A DNA stretch of 34,585 nt. Source: a virus. A program made the position numbers and the translations under genes. Of the stretch, positions 25,876 to 31,823 are shown one piece after another. Each line of letters opens with the position of its first letter. Position 1 is the first letter of the stretch. The notes beneath the pieces are model-generated. The model ran no database searches and was not told where the DNA came from. It worked only from the letters and a program-made list of their open reading frames with translations. Location of the stretch: IMG/VR virus record IMGVR_UViG_3300045988_064981, positions 1 to 34,585 of that record; one strand, written 5' to 3'.

Positions 25876-26163
25876 ATGAATCTCGATTGGACGATGATCA
25901 CGGGTATTGCCGCTGCGGTGGCGTGTGTGGGTATGGCGCTGGTGGTTATCCTCTGGCTGTGCGGCAAAATCAGCTCCGACCGCGTGACGCAGGTCTGGCG
26001 CTGGGTGTGCTGGCTGGTGCAGGCGGCTGAGCAACTATTTGGAGCCAAAACAGGCGAACAGAAGCATGACTATGTTGTGGACATGCTCAAGCAGCTGGGG
26101 ATCAAGGTCACGGACGAGATCGACGCGCTGATTGAGGCGGCTGTGCGCGAGTTGACGGACTAA
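25876..26163 (+). CDS. Holin, LL-H family-like
   Basis: SD GGAGGAA. N-terminal TM ITGIAAAVACVGMALVVILWL and C-terminus EQKHDYVVDMLKQLGIKVTDEIDALIEAAVRE, typical of LL-H-type holins. Confidence 0.65.
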   Translation: MNLDWTMITGIAAAVACVGMALVVILWLCGKISSDRVTQVWRWVCWLVQAAEQLFGAKTGEQKHDYVVDMLKQLGIKVTDEIDALIEAAVRELTD

Positions 26164-26181
26164 GGAGGGAGCTGGTGTGCG

Positions 26182-26403
26182 ATGCTTGCAGAGATCACGC
26201 GCGCCGGACTGAGCCGTGCACAGGTGGGAGCGCTGATTGACGAGTGGGTGTTTTCGGCGCGGGACAGACAGATCCTGCGCCTGAAGCTGCTGGACGGGCA
26301 GACCTATGAGCAAATTGCAGAGGCGGTGCGTCCGCAGATGTCGCCGCGGCAGATCAAGCGGATTGTGACCTGCCGGGTGGATGATTTGCTCAAGCGAGTA
26401 TGA
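26182..26403 (+). CDS. Stand-alone sigma-70 region-4 / LuxR-like HTH protein (73 aa)
   Basis: SARDRQILRLKLLDGQTYEQIAEAVRPQMSPRQIKRIV has a region-4-like pattern. It is the last gene before a strong terminator. Confidence 0.55.
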   Translation: MLAEITRAGLSRAQVGALIDEWVFSARDRQILRLKLLDGQTYEQIAEAVRPQMSPRQIKRIVTCRVDDLLKRV

Positions 26404-26405
26404 TG

Positions 26406-26439
26406 TTGGGGTGGGCTTCGGCCTGCCCCAATTTTTTTT
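26406..26439 (+). terminator. Rho-independent terminator ending the late/lysis operon
   Basis: ttggggtgggc-ttcg-gcctgccccaa stem followed by tttttttt. Confidence 0.8.
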
Positions 26440-26451
26440 GATTTTTGGGGC

Positions 26452-26547
26452 GAAAATCTTTGGAAAGGTGTTGACAATATACGATTAATCATATATAATA
26501 ATAGATGTAAGGGGGAGATGGAAATCCCCGGAACAAACGAGGAGGAC
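26452..26547 (+). repeat. Promoter/operator/leader cassette, copy 1 (~90% identical to 27962..28057)
   Basis: gaaaatctt..ggtgTTGACAatatacgattaatcataTATAATaata..gggggagatggaaatcccc..acgaggagga. Confidence 0.9.
26471..26499 (+). promoter_or_regulatory. Consensus sigma-A-type promoter with embedded palindrome (accessory operon 1)
   Basis: TTGACA (26471..26476), 17 nt, TATAAT (26494..26499). The spacer holds atatacgattaatcatatat, a 19/20 palindrome. Confidence 0.75.
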
Positions 26548-26554
26548 ATGGAAA

Positions 26555-26899
26555 ATGAAAAAGGAACTTGCAAACGAGATTAAGGCTGTGGCACACGAGA
26601 TGGGTCTTGACGCTTGGGACCGCGAATACGAGTACGTTGGCATCCGCGTGCAGGAGCAGGAGTTTGAGCTGGGTGAGATCACTCACAAGTCTCACAACTG
26701 GGGCTACAACGACAATTATGAGACCGTGGACTTTGGTGAGGAGCTTGACGGCATCTGCTGCACCCGCCTGGAGGAGGCCGAAAAAAGCGAATACTTTGGT
26801 GAACATATCGCCGTCATCTGCGGCAACCACGCTACGTTTGGCGAGGACGACGGTGAGATCATCATCGAGGATCCCGTGGTTGTCAAGATCATCAGATAA
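26555..26899 (+). CDS. Highly acidic protein (114 aa), unknown family
   Basis: SD GAGGAGGA, 7 nt before the ATG. 28 D/E versus 10 K/R. It is the first gene after cassette copy 1. Confidence 0.75.
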   Translation: MKKELANEIKAVAHEMGLDAWDREYEYVGIRVQEQEFELGEITHKSHNWGYNDNYETVDFGEELDGICCTRLEEAEKSEYFGEHIAVICGNHATFGEDDGEIIIEDPVVVKIIR

Positions 26900-26913
26900 T
26901 TGGAGCAGCATCA

Positions 26914-27552
26914 ATGCCTGACGTAAAAGCAAATCTCAAATGCAGGGAGTGTGGGATCCCCATCCCACACCCCACTGCGTATCAAACGCTCTGCGACGAG
27001 TGCGCAAAGCGCCTGAAAAGTGCAATGGCGCTCCGGCCGCGTGTATGCGTCGAGTGCGGGGTTACATTTGACGGTTATCCCAAATCTAAGCGCTGTCCGG
27101 CTTGCCGGCATGAGCGCGTGCTGCGGCTTCGGGCGGGGTATCGGGCTGCGGAAAAGGCGGGCAAACAGCGCAAAATTGGCGAGACATATCTGTGCGAGAG
27201 ATGCGGCAAGCCGTATACGCTGACCGGCGGATTGCAGCGATATTGCCCGGATTGCAAGGACGATGCGGTGCTGGAGGCCAATCGCGCTGCGTCCCGCGAG
27301 TATATGCGGGCGCACCGGGGCGAGCAGAAGCGATCTAAACACGCCGTCAGATATTGCGTGGTCTGCGGGAGGGATATCTCCGCGAACACCAGCACTATCA
27401 CGTGCAGCCCGGAGTGCGCGCTGGAGCGGAGACGGCAGCGGCAGCGCGCTGCGGATGCTCGGCGCGGAGTCGGGCGCGGCTCACAGGATTACACCCCAAC
27501 AAAAGCACGCGGGGTCCCGCGTACCCTGAAGTCGGCAAAAAAGGAGGAATAA
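26914..27552 (+). CDS. Multi-zinc-ribbon protein (4 CxxC...CxxC units), paralogue of 28729..29901
   Basis: CRECG..CDEC, CVECG..CPAC, CERCG..CPDC and CVVCG..CSPEC, with a basic C-terminus. It is collinear with the N-terminal half of the longer paralogue. Confidence 0.8.
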   Translation: MPDVKANLKCRECGIPIPHPTAYQTLCDECAKRLKSAMALRPRVCVECGVTFDGYPKSKRCPACRHERVLRLRAGYRAAEKAGKQRKIGETYLCERCGKPYTLTGGLQRYCPDCKDDAVLEANRAASREYMRAHRGEQKRSKHAVRYCVVCGRDISANTSTITCSPECALERRRQRQRAADARRGVGRGSQDYTPTKARGVPRTLKSAKKEE

Positions 27553-27553
27553 T

Positions 27554-27763
27554 ATGGCAGTATCAGACGCCCAGAGAGCGGCGTCCGCGCGCTGGGAAAA
27601 AAAGAACCGCAAGGCCGTAGCCTGCACGCTTCCTCGAGAGGAGGCAGAAGCGTTTTACGCCGCGGTAAAAGAGGACGGCACAAGCGTCAACGATGTGCTC
27701 AAACGATGGATCCGTGACTATATGGCGTGCAGGGCTGACAAAAATGAGTCTTGCAAAACGTGA
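27554..27763 (+). CDS. RHH-like small DNA-binding protein (69 aa)
   Basis: SD AAGGAGGA. KAVACTLPREEAEAFYAAVKEDGTSVNDVLKRWIRDYM fits strand-helix-helix. It is homologous to an internal segment of the 28729..29901 product. Confidence 0.65.
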   Translation: MAVSDAQRAASARWEKKNRKAVACTLPREEAEAFYAAVKEDGTSVNDVLKRWIRDYMACRADKNESCKT

Positions 27764-27927
27764 GTGGCTGTGCTATCTTATAGTTGCATACCGTGTCAGG
27801 CACGCCTCCTCGCGCGCCTGTGGATTGAAATGCGAATAGCAATGCAGACGATGCTTTTTCCAACCTTGCTCTTGCGGGGCGATGCGATGCTCGTGGTATG
27901 CGGAGCGCATCTCAGCATCCGACGCAG

Positions 27928-27961
27928 AGAGAGTCCCGCAAGGGACTCTCTTCTTTTTTTT
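27928..27961 (+). terminator. Rho-independent terminator ending accessory operon 1
   Basis: agagagtccc-gcaa-gggactctct followed by tcttttttttt. Confidence 0.85.
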
Positions 27962-28057
27962 GAAAATCTTCAAAAAGGTGTTGACAATATACGATTAATC
28001 GTATATAATAATAAGTGTCAAGGGGAGATGGAAATCCCCAAGAACAACGAGGAGGAT
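27962..28057 (+). repeat. Promoter/operator/leader cassette, copy 2
   Basis: gaaaatctt..ggtgTTGACAatatacgattaatcgtaTATAATaata..aggggagatggaaatcccc..acgaggagga. Confidence 0.9.
27981..28009 (+). promoter_or_regulatory. Consensus promoter with perfect 20-bp palindrome ATATACGATTAATCGTATAT (accessory operon 2)
   Basis: TTGACA (27981..27986), 17 nt, TATAAT (28004..28009). The palindrome at 27987..28006 overlaps the -10. Confidence 0.75.
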
Positions 28058-28064
28058 GATTGAG

Positions 28065-28736
28065 ATGTACGTATACGATCGTGGACTGTATGTATTTAAT
28101 CGTGACGAGATGAGATTTATGGACGGCAAGACCGTCCTCATAATCAACACCATGCGCCGCGCCCCCGACGAAAGTCGCCCGTGCCACAACACCGACGAGA
28201 TCATCGGCAAGGTGATTGACGTCGATGCCCTCCCGTACGACATTGCACATGATGCGTATGTCGTGCCGGACGTCGAGGCCATCAAGGCGGCGGTTGCCGA
28301 AAAATATCCTGTTGATTGCGCTGAGCTGGATGACGGCTCCGTGGGATGGACGAACATAGACGAGGAGCCGTGCTGCGAGTATACATACGGGGTGTGCATC
28401 CCGAGTATGTATAACATCCCTGATGAGTTGGACGATGATGAGCAGCTTGAGTGGTGGGCAGATCATCACTGGGAGCGCGACGAGGGCGAGCCGGAGTGGT
28501 ATGATACGCTCAAGGAGGCTCTCGCGGCAGCTGACAAAGCGTTTTCTGCCGGACAGCCCATCCCCTGGATCTACATCCAAAAATTTAACGTCAAGACCGG
28601 CGATCCGGAGTACGAGCTGGATGAGATCGAGCTGGATGCGGATGAGGACGGCAATTGGGACATGGGGTCGGACGATCCGCTGGCGTGGAAAGAGTACAAT
28701 CTGGCTTGTGACGAGGATGAGGTAGACAATGCCTGA
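28065..28736 (+). CDS. Highly acidic protein (223 aa), unknown family
   Basis: ATG at 28065, 9 nt after GGAGG (the ATG at 28056 abuts the SD). The C-terminal third is nearly poly-D/E (DELDDDEQLEWW..DPEYELDEIELDADEDG..CDEDEVDNA). Confidence 0.75.
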   Translation: MYVYDRGLYVFNRDEMRFMDGKTVLIINTMRRAPDESRPCHNTDEIIGKVIDVDALPYDIAHDAYVVPDVEAIKAAVAEKYPVDCAELDDGSVGWTNIDEEPCCEYTYGVCIPSMYNIPDELDDDEQLEWWADHHWERDEGEPEWYDTLKEALAAADKAFSAGQPIPWIYIQKFNVKTGDPEYELDEIELDADEDGNWDMGSDDPLAWKEYNLACDEDEVDNA

Positions 28737-29901
28737 GATCAGAGCCAACGTTATTTGCCGAGAGTGCGGGACACCAATCCCGCACCCTACTCGGTATCAA
28801 AAACTTTGCGACGAGTGCCAGCAAAAAGCAATCCACAAGGGCAAAAAAGTTGAACGCATTTGCACCGAGTGCGGTCGGAAATTTATCGGCGGGCCCAGTG
28901 CCAAGAGATGCCCGGACTGCAAGCGTGAGCGCGACCTAGAGAGAGCGCGGCTGCACCAGCAAGCCAAGGCTGCGGGGCACGCGCGGGAGCTTGGAAGGAC
29001 GTATATCTGTGAGGCGTGCGGAAAACCTTACGTCCTCAATAGTGGGATGCAAAAATATTGCCCGGACTGCATGGAGGAGCAACGCAAAAAAGATACCCGT
29101 GAAAAAGTGAATGACTACATGCGTGCCAATAAAGGCAAGTATCCCAAATACCCGCGTATGAGAGTATGCGTGATCTGCGGTAAGATACTCGAGCCGGGGA
29201 CGCGCGAGATTACATGCAGCCCGGAATGTGCGGAAAAAAGAGCGTTGCAACAATACGACGCGTCAATGGGTAATCCTGATCCGGACTATCACCCGACAAA
29301 GGGCGCCGGGCATCCGCAAAAATCCAGACGCCAGATGACTGAGCTCTCGACGTCAGGAGCGACCGATCAGTTAGTGCAACCCCACAAAGCAGTCTGTTGC
29401 AAATTGCCCGTAGATGAGGCTAGGTCGTTTGCGAATGCGGCTCTTGTTAATGGGATGTCCGCATCACAACTCTTGCAGCAGCTGGTCCGCGACTACATGG
29501 CAAACAAAGACATAGCGGCGTTGGCGGCCGCGGCTGAAAAATTACCGAAGCACGCGCGCCGAGATGTAAAAAAAACTTGTCAAAAGTGCGGTATCGAATT
29601 TATGGGAGATCGCATTGCAAAATACTGCCCCGCATGCAAGATAGCGGTCCAGCGCCAGCAGACGTTAGACTACTCAAGACGCATGCGCCCAAAGACCAGC
29701 CGCCATGTAGGCGAGGTCTATCCGTGCAAGCGCTGTGGTAATGATTATGTACTAGAGACTCCTGGTCAGCAGTATTGCCGTAAGTGTGCCAAGATTGCAT
29801 ATAGAGAGTATGCAGCCAATGCATATCAAAATAAGCGAGCCCGCGAAGCGCAAAAAAAAGAAGCAACGCCGGAGGAAGAGTCACAAAATACAGATCAGTG
29901 A
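28729..29901 (+). CDS. Multi-zinc-ribbon protein with internal RHH-like segment (6 CxxC...CxxC units)
   Basis: 390 aa. The N-terminal ~200 aa are collinear with 26914..27552. The middle segment KAVCCKLPVDEARSFANAALVNGMSASQLLQQLVRDYM matches the 27554..27763 product. Two further zinc ribbons follow at the C-terminus. Confidence 0.8.
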   Translation: MPEIRANVICRECGTPIPHPTRYQKLCDECQQKAIHKGKKVERICTECGRKFIGGPSAKRCPDCKRERDLERARLHQQAKAAGHARELGRTYICEACGKPYVLNSGMQKYCPDCMEEQRKKDTREKVNDYMRANKGKYPKYPRMRVCVICGKILEPGTREITCSPECAEKRALQQYDASMGNPDPDYHPTKGAGHPQKSRRQMTELSTSGATDQLVQPHKAVCCKLPVDEARSFANAALVNGMSASQLLQQLVRDYMANKDIAALAAAAEKLPKHARRDVKKTCQKCGIEFMGDRIAKYCPACKIAVQRQQTLDYSRRMRPKTSRHVGEVYPCKRCGNDYVLETPGQQYCRKCAKIAYREYAANAYQNKRAREAQKKEATPEEESQNTDQ

Positions 29902-29903
29902 TA

Positions 29904-29930
29904 AGCCGCCCCACATGGGGCGGCTTTTTT
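29904..29930 (+). terminator. Rho-independent terminator ending accessory operon 2
   Basis: gccgcccc-acat-ggggcggc followed by tttttt. Confidence 0.85.
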
Positions 29931-29961
29931 GTCCCTAAAATGTCCCCATTTTGACACCGAA

Positions 29962-30002
29962 GTGTCCCCTGCATGACATCGTGCAGGGGGCGCTTTTTTT
30001 TT
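29962..30002 (+). terminator. Second tandem terminator
   Basis: gtgtcccctgca-tgacatcg-tgcagggggcgc (12-bp stem with two G-U pairs) followed by ttttttttt. Confidence 0.7.
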
Positions 30003-30029
30003 ACAATTTTATCAGGAGGTGGAGAAAAG

Positions 30030-30437
30030 ATGAATGGATATGGCAATCCTTACGGCTACCCCTATAGCCCCGGATATCAGCAGCAGATGTACGGGCAGCA
30101 AATGCCGCAGCGGTATGAGCTGGTCAAAGTCAGCGGACGCGGCGGCGTGGACGCGCTCCGGGTTGCGCCGCGAAGCGAGCTGCTTGCAATGGACACGTCC
30201 CGCGCCGACGTGCTGCTCGCGTGGTACATCCAGGCGGATGACGCAGGTTATAAGTCGGTGACGCCCTACGTGCTGACACCTTACACCGATCCCGCGCCGA
30301 TTGATGCAACGAACATCGAGCAGAGGCTCAAGAGATTGGAGGAGATCATTGATGGCAAATCCGTTGCTGGCAAGCCTACAAAAGCAGACCGCGCCGCAGC
30401 AGCCCGCCAACCCGTTGCAGATGCTGGCGGAGTTTAG
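30030..30437 (+). CDS. Hypothetical protein with Tyr/Gly/Gln/Pro-rich N-terminus
   Basis: SD AGGAGGTGGAG, ATG at 30030. NGYGNPYGYPYSPGYQQQMYGQQMPQRYELVKVSGRGGVDALRV... Confidence 0.65.
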   Translation: MNGYGNPYGYPYSPGYQQQMYGQQMPQRYELVKVSGRGGVDALRVAPRSELLAMDTSRADVLLAWYIQADDAGYKSVTPYVLTPYTDPAPIDATNIEQRLKRLEEIIDGKSVAGKPTKADRAAAARQPVADAGGV

Positions 30438-30621
30438 GCGCTTTGCGTCCGGCATCATCCCGTTGCAGATGCTGGCGGAGTTTAGGCGCTTTGCGTCCGG
30501 CATCACCCCGCAGCAGGCGCAGACAAAAGTCGAAGAGCTGCTGCAATCCGGGCAAATGTCGCAGGAGCAGTTTGAGAGCCTAAAAAAACCGGCGCAGGAT
30601 TTTATGGAGTTTCTTAAATAG
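30352..30621 (+). CDS. Gln-rich small protein carrying an internal 16-aa perfect duplication
   Basis: SD GGAGGAG, ATG at 30352. PLQMLAEFRRFASGI occurs twice. It overlaps the previous ORF by 86 nt. Confidence 0.55.
   Translation: MANPLLASLQKQTAPQQPANPLQMLAEFRRFASGIIPLQMLAEFRRFASGITPQQAQTKVEELLQSGQMSQEQFESLKKPAQDFMEFLK
30411..30506 (+). repeat. Perfect 48-bp tandem duplication (2 units, differing only at the last base)
   Basis: cccgttgcagatgctggcggagtttaggcgctttgcgtccggcatca[t/c] at 30411..30458 and 30459..30506. In frame (16 codons). Confidence 0.95.
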
Positions 30622-30674
30622 CCGGTGCGCAACGGCTATTTGTGAATAAATCTATCAAAAAAGGAGTGTGCGTA

Positions 30675-31334
30675 ATGGACAATAATTACAGTCTCTCTGA
30701 TCTGCGTGCGGCGGTCGGCGACGAAGACAAGGGCTTCGGCGGCGGCATGGGCGCATGGTGGATCATCATCCTCTTTTTGTTTGTCTTTATGGGCGGCGGC
30801 TTTGGCGGCTGGAATCGTCAGCAGGTGCAGCCGGGCGAGTTTGGCCAGTATGCGACCGCTGCCAGCCAGCAGCAGATCCTGTTTGGGCAGCAGTTTGGCG
30901 AGATCAACGACCGCCTGACGGCGCTGGGCAACGGCGTGGCGTCGCTGGGCTACGATATGCAGGGCAGCCTCGGTCAGCTTGGCAAGGACATCGCCCTCGG
31001 CCAGGCGGGCACCAACACCACGATCATGCAGACCGGCAACGCCTTGCAGCAGCAGATCGCGTCCTACTGCTGTGAAAACAGGCTGGCAACCGCCAACCTC
31101 TCGGCGCAGATCGACCGTCAGACCTGCGACATTACCACCGCGATCCACGCAGAGGGCGAAGCGACGCGCAACCTGATCCAGACCAGTGAGATTCAGCGGC
31201 TCCGCGACAAGGTCGCTGGGCTTGAGATGGACAGCCGGATGTGCGGCGTAGTCCGCTATCCCATGTCCTACTCCTACAACGCCGGACCCTCCCCGTTTTG
31301 CGGGGGCGGTTGCAATTGCGGCGTGAATATGTAA
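30675..31334 (+). CDS. Membrane protein, Gly/Gln-rich with Cys motifs (unknown family)
   Basis: SD AAAGGAG, ATG at 30675. TM segment GAWWIIILFLFVFMGGGFGGW. Motifs YCCENR and QTCDI, and C-terminus FCGGGCNCGVNM. Confidence 0.7.
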   Translation: MDNNYSLSDLRAAVGDEDKGFGGGMGAWWIIILFLFVFMGGGFGGWNRQQVQPGEFGQYATAASQQQILFGQQFGEINDRLTALGNGVASLGYDMQGSLGQLGKDIALGQAGTNTTIMQTGNALQQQIASYCCENRLATANLSAQIDRQTCDITTAIHAEGEATRNLIQTSEIQRLRDKVAGLEMDSRMCGVVRYPMSYSYNAGPSPFCGGGCNCGVNM

Positions 31335-31370
31335 CCAACTGAGCAATGGCCCATTAGGCCGACAACATGA

Positions 31371-31399
31371 GCGGCAGGGTGTAAACCCTGCCGCTTTTT
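31371..31399 (+). terminator. Rho-independent terminator
   Basis: gcggcaggg-tgtaaa-ccctgccgc followed by ttttt. Confidence 0.75.
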
Positions 31400-31418
31400 G
31401 AAGAAAGGAGTTTGTAAT

Positions 31419-31823
31419 ATGGCACGCAATCTGATCTATACGGTAAACACCACGGGCGCCGCCGCGCCGATCGGCAGCACCGTCCCTGTGGGCAGCATCA
31501 TCCGGCGGTACGGCAAGTGCATCAGCGCCGAGGGCGAGAGTATCGTGCTGCTTGAGCCGGGAGATTATCTTGTGACGATGACTGCGACCGCGACGGCAGC
31601 GACCGTCGGAAACGTGGCGCTTGGCATCCAGCAGGACGGCGTCGCCGTGCCGGGAGCGACCGCAACGGAGACCGTTGCGACAGCAGGCACCGAATACGTC
31701 AATCTGTCGTTCGCCCCCATCGTGCGCGTGAGATGCTGCGGCAATGCGCGTCTCACCGTTGTGGTTGCCGGCACGACTGAGCCGACGATCACCAACCTTG
31801 CGATTGGAGTGGTCCGCGTATGA
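31419..31823 (+). CDS. BclA C-terminal-domain-like (TNF/C1q-like jelly-roll) protein without collagen repeats
   Basis: SD AAAGGAG. The pattern PGDYLVTMTATATAATVGNVALGIQQDGVAVPGATATETV...VNLSFAPIVRV...ARLTVVVAG...NLAIGVVRV resembles exosporium BclA-CTD-type domains by eye. Confidence 0.5.
   Translation: MARNLIYTVNTTGAAAPIGSTVPVGSIIRRYGKCISAEGESIVLLEPGDYLVTMTATATAATVGNVALGIQQDGVAVPGATATETVATAGTEYVNLSFAPIVRVRCCGNARLTVVVAGTTEPTITNLAIGVVRV

Noticed and set aside
23979-26048. 689-aa ORF on the - strand across the lysis module
   Set aside because: It is antisense to the endolysin and holin genes, which have clear domain motifs. It has no SD and an unnatural composition, so it is a shadow ORF.
26548-26583. 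ATG at 26548 directly after the SD of cassette copy 1 (and the analogous ATG at 28056)
   Set aside because: At 26548 the frame closes after 11 codons and the ATG abuts the SD. At 28056 the ATG also abuts the SD. The starts at 26555 and 28065 have normal 7-9-nt spacing.
26452-28057. Possible CRISPR-like or other array nature of the repeated cassette
   Set aside because: There are only two copies, ~1.5 kb apart, each containing promoter boxes and an SD and separated by protein-coding genes. There are no short regularly spaced repeats anywhere in the window, so this is not a CRISPR array.
27764-28063. 99-aa + strand ORF between the two accessory operons
   Set aside because: It runs straight through a strong intrinsic terminator (27928..27961) and then through the consensus promoter, operator and leader of operon 2, so it cannot be a coherent gene. 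The upstream 160 nt are reported separately as unexplained.
29951-29979. TTGACA box suggesting a promoter for the cargo cluster
   Set aside because: The only hexamer at the correct spacing is TGACAT (3/6 match), and it lies inside the stem of terminator 2. This is too weak to call and is mentioned only in the related finding.
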